In this document: positions 15,830-29,920 of the stretch, in pieces | Position numbering within the stretch: the stretch's first letter is position 1 | Layout of the letters: the number at the start of each line of letters is the position of its first letter | Source: Eledone cirrhosa | Taxonomy: Eukaryota | Length of the DNA: 64,000 bases | Direction of reading: 5' to 3' | NCBI GenBank assembly: GCA_964016885.1 | Contig: OZ024745.1 | Coordinates: forward strand, 43,896,001 to 43,960,000 | Notes under the pieces: model-generated | Database searches by the model: none | What the model was told of the DNA's origin: nothing | Seen by the model: only the letters and a program-made list of their open reading frames with translations | Made by a program: the position numbers and the translations under genes

Positions 15830-17978
15830 ACATGAAGATAAACAAGTGGTTGGACGTGTAGGGGTGGTGGCGGGTGGAGTGGGGAGAGGGAGGCGGGTGT
15901 CCGAGCGGGGAGGGCTGAAGGTGGTGTGTATGTGTGTAGATGTACGTCTGTGTGTGTGTATGTGAATGTGAGAGTTGCGGGAAGAACGAGGTTCCATGTT
16001 CAGGAAAAGGTGTGTGTGGTGTGGGGTGGGGTGTAGGTCGGTGTGTGTGTGCGCGTGTGGATGGGAGGGGTCAGAGGGGTGGGTGGGGGGGGGGGAGAGG
16101 ATTCCGGAGGCTGAGTGTGTATATATGTGGGGGTACGCACGCGTGTGTGGTGTTTATACGTATTGTGGATGTAGGTGGCGTGGTGGGAAAAAAAATTTTT
16201 GTGAGTGTATGTCCGTGGGTAAGTTCCTAAGGTAGTTCCGTAGAGGGTGTGGTGAGCTGACGGATATTTTCCTGGTGATGGAGTTGATGGTGGGAACGAT
16301 GGCCAATGTGTGTAATCCGTGGTTGTGTTGGTCGGAAGAGGGGAGATGTGGGGTGCGCGCGCAACAGGAAGTAGTCAGAGGGTCAAGCAGGAGGGTAGAG
16401 GAGAATGGCAGGTGGAGAAAGTCGGTGTGTCAGTGTGTGCGGAGGTGCGGTGGACAGGGGAGAGTATGGGTAGGTGTGAAAGGTGGAGTGGGGAGGGGGT
16501 CGTGTGGGGGAGGGTGTGTGTATTAGTAGAGGTGTTAGTAGGATGTGTGTGTGTGTGGGAAGGGGTGTTGGTGGAGCGGTTGAGGGAGAGAAAGATGTGG
16601 GGTCGATGGAGGGAGTTTAGTGTACTGGTGTGTGTGCGGGTTTGGATGAGTGTGTGTGTGGTGAAGGGGGTGTTAGTGTGTGTTAGTATACTGGTGGGGG
16701 GAAGGGTTGAATGCGGGTGTGTTAGTGGGGGTCAGTGGTGGTTGGGTGTGTGGGGTGGTTGGAGTGGATGTGTGGGTGAGGGTTAGTGGTGGTAGTAGGG
16801 TGTGTGGATAGTGTGAGTGCGTGTATATATGTACCGGTGGGTGTGTGCGTGATAGGGGGAGGGGGGGATGTTAGTATTGTTAGTTGTGGGGTGGGCGGTG
16901 AAAAGGAGGAGTGTGTTAGTGGTGTTAGTGGGGGATATGTGCGGAGGGGGGGACTGGGTGGTCGAAGACTAAAGGAATAGGGGTGGGGAGTTCAGGCTGG
17001 GGGGGCGTGGGTCTGTAGGGTGAAGATGGTGCGTTGTTCGACCTTGAGGTGGGTGGAGGGTGTTCCGTGGCATTGGAGTAGGCCACGGACTGTGAGGTGG
17101 TGCGCGGAACGTCCAGGGGAGCCAAAGTGGCGGGCGATGGGGGAACTACCGCCGAGACGAATATCCCAGAGGTGTTCGGTGAAACGGTCCGCTAGGCGAC
17201 GTCCAGTCTGTCCGACGTAGGTTGCGCTACACTCCGTGCAGCGAAGTCCATAGACTAGGTTGGAGGAGGTGCAGCGGAAGGCGTGCCGGACAGAGAGAGA
17301 GAGTGGCCGTTGGGACCCTGGAAGGTGGTGGTGTTGGTGATGTGGGGACAGGTGTTGCAACGAGGCTTGGAACAGGGAAGGGAACCGGGGGCGGGAGCTG
17401 CGGACGAGGAGGGTGCGGAGATTGCGTGCGCGTTTGAAGGAGGGGAGTGGTGGGGATGGGAAGATGTGGGAGGTGGAGGGGTCGGACTGGAGGCGTCGGA
17501 AGAGGCGGAGGATGGTGCGGTGGAGGGGTAGGGATGGGATGGTAGGTGATAGGGATGGGGAGACGGTGGGTGGGTGTGCGGTGGCGTGGGGTGAGGGTGG
17601 TGGAGCGGTGGACAGCACAGGCGCGAGTGAGGGCGGTGTGGACGAGGAAGGGGGGGGGGGGAACCTCTGCGGATGAAATGGCTGACTAGGGAAAGGGCCT
17701 CGGACTCAAAGTCAGCATCTCGGCTACAGAGGCGGCGGATCCTGAGGAGTTGGGAGTAGGGAATAGAGTGTTTAGTCTGTGTAGGGTGGGAGGAGGTGAA
17801 GTCGAGGTAGGAGTGAGAGGAGGTGGGTTTGAAGAAGGCGGATGTGACGAGGGAGTGGTGGGAGGGGTCGAAGGCGACGGAGATGTCTAAGAAGTGGACG
17901 TGGGTGGTGGAGATAGAGGTGGTGAAGTGGAGGGAGGGGTGGAAGGAGCAGAAGAAGGAGAGAAAGGAGTCGAGCTGA
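15830..17978 (-). mobile_element. Penelope-like retroelement (Neptune-like), 5'-truncated: RT C-terminus, Cys-rich linker, GIY-YIG endonuclease, long AC-rich 3' region
   Basis: HFLDISV, FFKPTSSHSYLDFTSSHP..KHSIPYSQLLRIRRLCS, PCSKPRCNTCPH, NLVYGLRCTECSATYVGQTGRRLADRFTEH; frameshifted. Confidence 0.93.
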
Positions 17979-17989
17979 TATACATATAT

Positions 17990-18047
<58 letters not shown>

Positions 18048-18049
<2 letters not shown>

Positions 18050-18475
18050 ATAAGAAACGGAGAATCAGTGGTACGACGAATTAAAATTTATTAGACATAT
18101 TACAATCGTTTCTCTGGCGACTAGCTCGAGGTTCGATCGATGCAATGATCGAACCTGACTCTGAAATCGCAAGATCCTCACATACGTCTCGATTCTTCGA
18201 AGCAGAGTTTCCAAATGTCCAGTTACTCCCGCGGCCTTCGCTCGAAGAATCGAGACGTATGTGAGGATCTTGCGATTTCAGAGTCAGGTTCGATCATTGC
18301 ATCGATCGTACCTCGAGCTGGTCGCCAGAGAAACGATTGTCTTATGTCTAATAAATTTTAATTCGTCGCACCACTGATTCTCCGTTTATTATGTAATATT
18401 ATACTCTGCTCTGCAAGAGCATCGAGTGCTCAAACGGCATACCGCATACGGACGCTTTAAGCATCCCACACCAAT
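18048..18475 (+). mobile_element. Fold-back HHR element, family E
   Basis: Arms about 18048-18200 / 18242-18394. HHR-like AGACGTAT-GTGAGGA-long stem II-GAAACGATTGTM-(A/T)TATGTCT-AATAAA. Bulged hairpin 18402-18428. Confidence 0.8.
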
Positions 18476-18504
18476 TATATATATATAAGACAAAGAGTAA
18501 AGAC

Positions 18505-18830
18505 ACCATCGGTCACAAATGACTATGGGTTTTGCATCTAGAAAGTTACCCACGGAGGGACACACCCAGACAAGGTGGTTTTGTGGAAGACCAGTAGTCA
18601 TCCATGCATACCAGTCACCCCTCTTCAAGCCACCGATGTTGTCAAAGGGAAAGGCTATGGCCGATACAGCTTGGCACCACTGACGTCGCAAAATTCCTGC
18701 AGCTGACTGAACCGGAGCACCGCGAAAATAAAGTGTTTTGCTCAAAGAAACAAACGCCGCTCGATCCAGAAATCGAACTTAGAAACTTCCGATTCTGAAC
18801 CCAAGGCTCGAACCTTCGAGCCACGCGTCT
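18505..18830 (-). mobile_element. CORE-type tRNA SINE with LINE-derived tail
   Basis: Homologous to 54365-54545 and 4318-4449. Confidence 0.7.
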
Positions 18831-19427
18831 TCACAATTCTTTTATGTTTATTGCCTCTGTAATTTAGACAAATTACAGAGGCAATAAACATAAAAGAATT
18901 ACAACCAAAATAAAATAGAAAATATGAGTGGAACAGCAACATCACAACTTACAATTAAGGACAAAATGAAAACACACACACACATAGAACAAACAACCAA
19001 CCAATAACATGTAAATAAATACATAAATAAACAAATAGAGAAATGAACATAAACACACACAGACACCCGGATGTGGCGCATGCGCAAACTGAGCACACAA
19101 CACACACACAGAAACAAAATGGCGTAGGACAGAACAAAGGAGAGGCACGGAGACAAAGAAAGGAATCCCCAGTCACTGAAGAGGTCACAGAGTGTGTGAC
19201 GAAAGGACTATGACTATATATAAACAACTATCTGGTTGTGGAACCAACCAACCAACCAGAAATTTATAAATTTATAAATTTGTAAATTTATAAATATATA
19301 ATAAATTGAAGTGAAAGCAACTGGTGCGTGTGTTTCTTATTGGCAACATGACCCTCCCAAAGTATAACAATATCGGTTTCAACACACGATTTCAGATAAA
19401 GAATCTTGCTAAACAAATTCAGAAACG

Positions 19428-19486
<59 letters not shown>

Positions 19487-19488
<2 letters not shown>

Positions 19489-19639
19489 AACGAGTAGGAC
19501 CCCGACGGCTGAGCTCAAGCCGTTTCGACGGCTAATTCTGGACTCTGTCCTACTCGTTCCTATTACCCACTCTACTACCCTAAGTATTGAGTACTTTGGT
19601 GCGTTATGGTCCATCTGGTTCCTTACCACATTTCCTTCG

Positions 19640-19640
<1 letters not shown>
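19487..19640 (+). mobile_element. Fold-back element family F copy 1 (right arm mostly deleted)
   Basis: Near-identical to 26332-26517 and 51909-52103; flanked by (TA)n. Confidence 0.85.
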
Positions 19641-19695
<55 letters not shown>

Positions 19696-19900
19696 TGGCG
19701 GACTGGGTCTAAAAATATTGGTTGCCAGGAGATGAGGAGATGAAGGGGGCCAACCTACATATAGGATCCTATCATTTAATTTTTTATAATGAATAAATAA
19801 CGTTTTAGAAAAATACATAAGTTGAAACAAAACATTGCAATCAAATTTCTCCAATAAATATTATGTATTTTGCGAAATCCAGAGACTTTCTATAATGACC

Positions 19901-20359
19901 AGAAGTCGGCCCTAAATATTACTAAGAGCTCTAGGAAAGCCATGAACGACAGCACATCTTTTTAACTTTGATTTTGAAAGTAGGTTTATAATTATTAATT
20001 TTCACTGCACTGTCGTAGTTGTCTTGGTGGCCAAGCTGGAGGAGCCACAGACGGTGGTGATCTGGTCTGAAGTTCGAATCTGGTCGAGGGTAGGGTTCAC
20101 ACCAAACATTTTCAGTTTTTTTTTTCTACGGATTGTAGAAAAAAAAATGAAAATGGTTACATGTACCTCTTGACCAGGATTGAACCCAAGGCTAGGATCT
20201 CCACCGTCTCTAACACCTACCGCTAGGCTAAAGAGACAACAACGAAAATCTTATGAAAATTCATACTTATAAGCCTACTTTAAAAATGTTCAAAACAAAG
20301 TGTTGTGGTGTCGTTCATGTCTTTCTTAATGTTATTGCTCCTACTTAAGGTCGACTTCT
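19901..20359. mobile_element. Long imperfect fold-back (MITE-like) with two convergent tRNA-like heads
   Basis: Terminal AGAAGTCG.CC.TAA / TTAAGGTCGACTTCT; A/B boxes in each arm; central T-run/A-run hairpin at about 20107-20155. Confidence 0.65.
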
Positions 20360-20725
20360 AAATTATTTGGGTGTTCCATAAACTACATCCTCGTTTTGTT
20401 TCTCATCTATCTAGACTACATTTCAACCTGTAATCCTTGTTTCATTTCTGTTGCACCTCATTTCTCCATCCCCACCCTCTGTGTGTGTGTGTATATGTCT
20501 CTCTCTCTCTCTCTCTCTCTCACCACCTTCACCACTAATTGATTTGACAGATGTCTTTAACCCATTGATACCAAATATTATTTGGTCAGTAGTTCGTGTG
20601 TAAGTATATATATATATACATACAGCTGTTCGCCGTAGAAACAATTGTAATACGTAATAAATTGTGTTCCGATGTATCACTGATTCTTCGTTTTCCATAT
20701 TACACACACACACTCATATATATAT

Positions 20726-20829
20726 CCTGAAGAAGGGTTTATGCCCGAAACGCCCCCCCCTCCACTCTCAAGAGCGTGAAACTAATAAACCTTTCTACTG
20801 CCTCTCTGTTTTTGTTCCCGTTCCAGTTT

Positions 20830-20833
<4 letters not shown>
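20726..20833 (+). mobile_element. Solo 3' pLTR of the Neptune-like PLE with HHR remnant
   Basis: Matches the reverse complement of 61851-61970; CTGAAGA-AGGGTTTATGCCC-GAAACG. Confidence 0.75.
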
Positions 20834-20908
<75 letters not shown>

Positions 20909-21128
20909 GGTTGTGTGTCTGTGTCTATATATGTATGTTTGCATGCATAAATGAATACCCTAAGCTTTAGATTTAGTAGAATGTACAACCACTGATTCCA
21001 GATGTTTGCACTATCGCATATTTGGGCTTCTAGTAATTCGGTGGGGAATTGGTTGACCAAATGCTTTGCTTAATTGTTTTATTTATTTATTTTTTAATTT
21101 TAATTTTTTTTTAATTAAAAAAAATATA

Positions 21129-21350
21129 TCTTTAGATAAAAATAACAGGTCCTGTTATTTTTATCTAAAGACTTTTTTTTCTAATTCCAACCCGCCCGTC
21201 CTCTCAATCTATCTTATTTCTCATTCTTTCTTCTGATGAAGGACTAGCACCCGAAACGTTAAGACCCTCTTCCTGCTATTACAAGCGTTAACCTAATATA
21301 TTCTTTCCATATACTGTACCAATTGTGTTGTTATTTCTGTTTACCTTGTA
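21129..21350 (+). mobile_element. PLE pLTR family G with a 21-bp terminal fold-back and minimal HHR (21229-21264)
   Basis: TCTT-CTGATGA-AGGACTAGCACCC-GAAACGTT-AAGA; second copy at 39452-39652. Confidence 0.8.
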
Positions 21351-21366
21351 CATACATACATACATA

Positions 21367-23832
21367 CTCTACCATCGGAGGTATCTTACTGACCTCTACC
21401 AACAAGTTCTTAGGGGAATGGTTTACAGAATGGTTTACATTAGCACAAACATTACTGGTCCCCAAGAACAAAGACACCCACTTGGCAAAAAACTACCGAC
21501 CCATTGCATGCCAGAACCTGATGTATAAGATGTATACAGCCTGTCTGAACCTATTCCTCCAAGATCACTGTGAAAATAATAACATCATCACAGATGAACA
21601 AGCAGCTGGAAAGAAAGGGGTTTGGGGATGTGCTGAACAACTCCTAATCAACAAAACTGCGATGTCGGAGGTGCGACAACTTAGGAGGAATATGGCTACA
21701 GTCTGGCTGGACTACAGGAAAGCTTTCGATTCTGTTCCCCACTCTTGGGTGATAGAGGCCCTCCAACTTGCTAAAGTCCCAGATATTATTGTCAGAGCCA
21801 TAGAGAGGCTCTCTTCTTGGGCTACTATCCTAAGGTTAAAGACAGAGAGAGAGGACTCTATTTTCACTGATGAAATAAAATATTGCAGGGGTATATTTCA
21901 GGAGTACAGTCTCTCTGTGATATTATTCATCTTGTCATTAAACCCCTTGTCCATTCTGCTCAAGAAATGTGAGAGATACATCATTGGCTCACAGGAGGAC
22001 AGAAATACGAACCTAACCCATAATTTCTTTGTGGACGATCTGAAACTCTATGCCAAGAACATGGATGGGATGAAGAAAAATCTTGACCTGGTTACAACGT
22101 TGTCAAAGGATATAGGAATGGAGTTTGGCCAAGATAAATGCTCATACATGACTGTAAAGCGGGGGAAAACAACAACCCAATCTAGCAACATTGTCATCAA
22201 TGGCCTAACTGTTTCACCGATATCTGATGAGAACTGCTATAGATACCTGGGGATAGATGAGAACATATCCTATATATGGTATCTGTAATAAAGAACGCGT
22301 AACCAGGGAATACTACACCCGATTAAGAAAGATCTGGTCATCGGAACTCTCTGCGCAAAACAAAACAGTGGCTCACAATGTGTTTGCTGTGCCTGTCCTA
22401 ACCAACGTTTGGAATACTCAATTGGACGATAGACGAAATCCAGGCAGTTGATGTTGGAACTCGAAAAATACTAAACAACACCGGAAACTTCCACATCAAC
22501 AGTGACATAGACCGCCTTTACTTACCGCCTTTACTTGAAACATAAGCAGGGAGGCAGAGGCCTAACATCAGTCCAGACAACATTTGAATGTCGCATCATA
22601 TCTCTCCGACAGCATCTACGAACCTCGAAGCGTAGGAGCCCGTTTCTCGAGCAAGTCTATCTGCATGAAACATATAAGATCATGAGAGTTGGGAAGGAAC
22701 TCCTCGAGAGATATTCCCTGTGTGATAATCAAAAACTCACACACAGGGAAGTTGTTCAGCAGTATCGCAGTGAATCCATGGATAAAAAAACTACATACTT
22801 ATCAGCAAAAAATCATGCATGGATATGTTGCCAGGAAGCTCTAGAGTGAGAGTAATATAGATAACGAAAGTAGTCTATCTTGGACCAACAACCGCTATAT
22901 TGGCTCTCACTTTGAAGGATACGCTTTTGCAATCCAAAACAGGAGATTAACACGAAATACCTGATTCACAAAAGAGATAGGGATGCAGGCAAAACACCTA
23001 GATGTGATAACAAGTACAGACTCTGCAGAACTAACATCGAGGATATCACCGATGTCATCAGCAGCTGTCCAAAGATGTCATCGCGGTACTATCTACCTAT
23101 GAGGCATGATGTAGTGGCCAAAACACTGAACAATGCAATTCGTAAAGAAGATAGCCCCGATAATAATCACATTAAAAGCTACAGCAATGTGGAAGACATC
23201 CATGTACATAATATGAAAGAGTACTGGTGGAATGTTCCAGTAAAAACCCCAATAAAATGCAGGCATAACAGACCAGATATTATTATTTGGAACAGGGAGA
23301 AGAAAGCGTGCACAGTAGTGGAAGTTAGCTGCCCAGCAGATGCCAATATAATATCAAAGATTAGCGAAAAGGAGAATTACTTATGCAGAACTGATGAGAA
23401 ATCTGCAGATACTCCACCCTGATTACACCTTCAGATTTATACCTGTGATTATTGGGACACTGGGGTATGTTAGTAACTGCCTCAATACAAATATTGAGAA
23501 GCTAGGCTTCACAGGAACAGAAAGAACACAACTAGTTAGGAAATTACAAGTACAATCCATTAATGGAACAGTAAAAATATGTAAAACATCCCAAAAATGT
23601 TGCATCTAATAACTGCATATACACATGTACAGATGCAAAGCATATACACATGCACACATACAACTCAAAAACATCCACATCCACACATACAATAACATCC
23701 ATATCTACACATGTATACATATCTACCTAGTTGATGTTATGTAAATTCCAATGAGAGAGTCTTGTGTCTATGTTAGAAACCGACACTCTCTTTATTGGGA
23801 AAAAATTTGTGAAATTATAAAACCAGAAGAAC
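21367..23832 (+). mobile_element. R4/Dong-like non-LTR retrotransposon (RT, zinc-knuckle relic, RLE), 5'-truncated, in (CATA)n
   Basis: NYRPIAC, WLDYRKAFDSVPH, FFVDDLKLY, YRYLG, RHD, RPDII..EVS; (ATAC)n on both flanks. Confidence 0.9.
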
Positions 23833-24280
<448 letters not shown>

Positions 24281-24847
24281 TATATATGGGTTGTAAGTAT
24301 GTTTACATGTAGGGGAGTGAATATGTGAGCTAGAATGTCCCCCCCCCCCCATCCACACTTCCCCTCCCAAACCAATATCAACAACATACATTTCTGACAA
24401 ATATTCCCAAACTATCCTTATTCCTCTCTTTGCTGTCATCCCATTCTTATCAAAAGACATGTATCTTACACTTCATTACCCCCCCCCCCCCCCACCGCCA
24501 CCAGACACACACCTGAATTCATCTTTAATATAGAAAATTGTTGAAGGTATCATAATCTATAAAGCTCAGTGTGTGGTCAAGCTCCTTCGTTATAGAAATC
24601 TACGATATAGAATTTCTTCAATTGAAATTTACAATTCAGTATTCGAAATAGCTTCGATTGCGCCTTGACGCAGATAATTTTTTCAATTTCACCCACAATA
24701 ACACAAAAAATAGATAAAACTCAATATTTTACGATTTTTCTCTCTCATTTAAACTGCTGAACTCTTTCTACTACCATTCAAAATCTATACAACTTCATAC
24801 TTTCTGCTACTTTCTCTTTCCAAGCTTGATGGTGATACTGTCCGTTC

Positions 24848-25180
24848 ACACCACTCCCTACTGTCTTAAATTTAGAAAACACATATCCTCTATGAGGTTA
24901 CTAAACCTGCTAGAAACAGCAGCTAACTCTCCCCCATATCACACCCCTCCCCACACCACTCCCTACTGTCTTAAATTTAGAAAACACATATCCTCTATGA
25001 GGTTACTAAACCTGCTAGAAACAGCAGCTAACTCTCCCCCATATCACACCCCTCCCTACTGTCTTAAATTTAGAAAACACATATCCTCTATGAGGTCACT
25101 AAACCTGCTAGAAACAACAGCTAACTCTCCCTCACATCACAGCCCCCCCCCCCCTACTGTCTTAAATTTAGAAAACACAC
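24848..25180. repeat. Tandem repeat of ~90-105 bp, about 3.3 copies
   Basis: CCCTACTGTCTTAAATTTAGAAAACAC recurs 4 times. Confidence 0.9.
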
Positions 25181-25443
25181 AGACAACCATGCAGAACAAC
25201 TCCATCGCAGCTCTGTTGTTCGGCTGGCATCGTCTACGCGCGTGTTGCGCAAGTACTGTGAAACAATAAATTTCAACACCTTTTTGCACAGAGATAATAT
25301 CCATAGGCGAAACTACAATTGTCACTGCTGGCGCAGCTCATGCTTTGGCAGTCCAGGTCTGCAATTCATTCACCCAGTGCCTGGCAGACAAAAAAGTGCT
25401 GCCATAAAATGGGTGGTGCAACCTAACTTTGGTAACTTAATGA

Positions 25444-25472
25444 CCCCGAGCAACGCCGGGCTTTAATGCTAG
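25444..25472 (+). mobile_element. Helitron 3' terminus
   Basis: CCCGAGCAACGCCGGG hairpin followed by CTAG|T. Confidence 0.55.
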
Positions 25473-26035
25473 TTCTTTATAAATTTAAGAGAGTTGATTC
25501 AGCTATAAGAAACAAATTTGAAAAACATCCTGCCATTATATTCATCAAAGGTCATTTAGAAATGGAACCAGCAGGAGGGCACTTTTACAACCCTTTTCTT
25601 AAACACTCTTTAAAAAAACCCAACATCACTCCCAATCAATTATCTTTCTGTCACCATTCACCATTTTCCGTGAATATATGTATATATGTGTATATATATG
25701 TATATATATGTATGTGTGTATGTGTGTATCCTTTATTCCTTTAAATCTTCATCAACACTCCTTCGCTCCCACACTCATTAACACCCCATCCACCCCCAGA
25801 CACATCCATATATCTCTTATATATAGAGTCACACATCACAACACAACCTGATCTCAGTTTGACAATCGTCACCGACAAATGCGAGAAAGTTCTCCAGGAA
25901 AGTTAACCAGGAATCTTTAAAAATCTTCCCACAGAACTTAAAGAACTTACTAGATCTACCAACTCATATTATAATATTATAAAATTAAATCAAATTATTT
26001 AGAACTACAAGTGAAGTAATTCTTTTCCTTCTTTC

Positions 26036-26157
<122 letters not shown>

Positions 26158-26182
26158 CGTATGTGTATATATATGTATCTAT

Positions 26183-26262
<80 letters not shown>

Positions 26263-26292
26263 GTGTCTGTAACCTATATACACTGGTCACAG

Positions 26293-26331
<39 letters not shown>

Positions 26332-26517
26332 GGAACGAGTAGGACCCCGACGGCTGAGCTCAAGCCGTTTCGACGGCTAATTCTGGAATTAGCCGTCGAT
26401 ACGGCTTGAGCTCAGCCGTCGGGGTCCTACTCGTTCCCATTACCCACTCTACTACCCTAAGTATTGAGTACTTTGGTGCGTTATGGTCCACCTGGTTCCT
26501 TACCACATTTCCTTCGT
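26332..26517 (+). mobile_element. Fold-back element family F copy 2
   Basis: 52-bp arms around TG (26384-26385); bulged hairpin 26446-26469. Confidence 0.85.
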
Positions 26518-26621
26518 TATATATATATATATATGGTCTCAGATGTGTCTACTTTGCCTTTCATATTTTAAATGTCGATAAATAAAGTCCCAGTTCAGTA
26601 TTGGGGTCGATTCTTCCCCGC

Positions 26622-26665
<44 letters not shown>

Positions 26666-28476
26666 CACTCTTTCAGTGTACTCTCTCACAACTACTATCT
26701 GTTTCTCTCTATCTTTCTCTCTATTTATGAAGGGACCCCCCAAAAAACCCGTATCTTGGGAACCCGTGCTCCGATTTACGCGAAACTTGTTTTATTCCAT
26801 TTGTGTTCTCATTTCTGGGGCAACTTCCTTTCAAAGTATTTTCCCATTATGCGCCGTTTTGGCTGTATTAAATTACAGACAAGCTCACAATCACAGAGTT
26901 TTAGTAGTATATAGATAGATATATCACTTAACTTTTTATCGCTCTTTCGGAATTATATTAGAATTTTGTTCATCAATTGTGTGAGCAACTATGATGTTCT
27001 GTCTAATCTCCCCCAAGAATACACTGGAACCAAACATTATTGCAATGAAGCTAAACATAGTACATCTGTAAACGTAATATGCCAACAATTATTTAACTGT
27101 CCGCTTTACTCTTCATATTCTAGTTGTTTTACACACTGAGTGCATTCATTGGGTTTGGGAAAAACTGCATAAGAAACTCTCTGTTTGTTTCTAAAAAAAT
27201 AATTTTATGTTTTTCCCCAGTATTTAGCATTTGGGACCTATTTTGTGGATCGTATATTTTTCTTAACCCCCAAGCAGACAAACTCTGTTTAAGATATTAA
27301 TTCAATAAACGGACAGGACCAGTGCAGTCGTATTATATAGTATAAATAGAATTTCCTTCTTATGAAAATATATCGCTATATAATTGATATAATAATACAA
27401 TGTACTGATATAATGATACATCAGTTTAATGCAACAGTTAAATATTTGTATGTTACTGTTAAGAAAATAGAATTTTGTTTTTAATTGGCTGTCAAAATTC
27501 AGCCTCAAACTGATTTCCTTTTTAAGTATAAACAACCACAGCATTTATAATTGCGTTTAACTGCAGGATAGCTACCATTCATTTTATAGAATTTAGATAA
27601 TAGATTTGATATTAATGCTGTTGATATCATCTCAATTTGTTGTTATTTACTGTTATATTATGCAGGGGCGGTGGAAGTATTTCTGAAATGGTGGGGTACA
27701 AATTTGGTTAATTTAGTTGTAGTGATTAGTTTTGCTCTTTGCACTCTAAAATGATCAGAAAACTTCGATATGAGATAAACATAACATGTACATAAATTGT
27801 AGCGCATATATCCAAATAGATGTGTGTTTTGGTAGTTTGGGGAGAAACTACCAAAAACACACACTACCACACGGAACTCTCTTCCAATACCGCTCTCTAT
27901 ATCTATCAATACCTATTTCTATCAATCCTCTCACTGTATTCATTACTACCAAACTCTCCCCCTCTCGACATCAACCATACATCAGTCTCTCCCAACCCCT
28001 CTCTATATCAATTACCACCAAACTCTCCCCCTCTCTATATCTAATATACAACACACTCTCCCAACCTTCCTCTCTATATCAATTACCACCAAACACTCCC
28101 CCTCTCTATATCTATATCTATCTCGCCCATCTATTTCTACATAACATGTACATAAATTGTAGCGCATATATAAATAGATGTCTGTTTTGGTGGCTTGGGG
28201 AGAAAAATATAATTATTGGGGAAGCCATGTTCCCACCCTTCCCCCTACCTCCCTGCTCCCCCACCCCAGTTCCACCGTCCCTGTTATGTAAACAAACTGA
28301 ATCAAAACCATTTCGAAGCATAAATGTATTAAAATAAAATTATATATAATTTGAAACATCGAGATTATATAAAATACAGAAAATCGCGCCCACCTTCATC
28401 TAATTCTGGGTGATGAATTTCGTGGCTGTACTTTATATAAAGTCGGCCAATTTGCAGAAACAAGGCGTGTGCTGGT

Positions 28477-28562
<86 letters not shown>

Positions 28563-29619
28563 GAAGGCGTGTTTGAGAAGGACTCTGCTCCCACGACTCT
28601 CCTCTCAGAAATAAGAAGATATTGTCAATTTACCTTTCAATCTACATATCATATCTATATGCATATATATATGTGTAGATATATGCACACTAGATATGGT
28701 AGTAGAAGACCTCCCGAAGGTCGGTTCTTCTGCTAGTAAATATAATATCCGGTAATAAAAATAAAACCCATATAGTAATTATAGTATATAGTATTTCTTC
28801 AGATTTCGTAGTCGCTTCAATCATAACTGTTTATAGAAAACAAGTTTTAAATGCCCACAGGGCAGTTTTTATTGCTTTCTCGTGAATTGGTATTAATCCA
28901 ATTTAATAACAGATTTTCTTTTCTTAACAGTGTTGTGATTCAAGTCTAAACTATTTTCAGAGGTAAATATTTCTCCTTTTGTGTTTGGCTACTGGAGTGT
29001 GTATTACATGTCACTCCCAGCCAGTCAGTCAAGGTAACAAAATAACAGGTCAATGGTAGATAGCTAAGTTAATGGCAGTCATATTAACAAGTACACCTAT
29101 TGCAAGTTTGCGTCTATGCTCTGCAACATTGATCTTCATAATAATGCAATCTGATTTTTCAAAAAATAAAAAAAATAAAAATGAAAAAAGAATTATACGG
29201 AGACATGTAATGGTCAGTTTTTTGCGTTCGTTTTGTCTGTTTTTGTTGTGTGTTTTTTAAAAACTTAAGTAGCATTGTCCAACCTTTATCGTATGTAATC
29301 TTTGTGCAGTTTTGTTAGGAAACATTACTCATAAAGTACAAAATCAAGTATGCAGCATGCCATAAATGTTCGCCACAATTCGTTAACAGTTAGTCGCACT
29401 TTATTTTATTTAGTTTACTAAAATGTTCAGTCGCGATTTAAGTAGAGACAATGTTAATATCTACGATAGATTATATTTCCGCAAATGCTAATTTAATTAT
29501 GAAACATATTTTCCAATCATTCAGATACAAATAATTTTTTTCTACTACCTTTTTATCGGGGGTTATAACCCATTCACGTTTATATTATTATTATTTCTTT
29601 TTTTTTTTTTTGCGTGTTG

Positions 29620-29920
29620 TGATAATATTACAAAGCACAGCTTTGTGTGCCTTGGATATGTGCAGTGTTGTTTTTGGTGGTCTTATTTCTATTGTATTAT
29701 GAGTACTCTTCACTATGTGTGTACAGAGCCTAATAAGGCTATTTTCTGTGCCCTGTATATCTGTAAGTCCCGTGGCTTAGGGTTCTGTATCTGTCTCCGT
29801 GTTTTATTTTTCTATCATTTCTAGAGCACCTATCATTATAGGGAATGTTTCTGTTTTCATCGCCCACATTCGGGTTATTTCTATTTCCAGATCTTTATAT
29901 TTGGATAGTTTCTCCATTTC
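29620..29920 (-). pseudogene. RLE-type LINE 3' relic
   Basis: EKLSKYKDLEIEITRMWAMKTETFPIMIGAL. Confidence 0.75.

Noticed and set aside
22224-23400. CTGATGAG hits inside the R4 element
   Set aside because: They lie in coding sequence without matching stems or GAAA/NUH.
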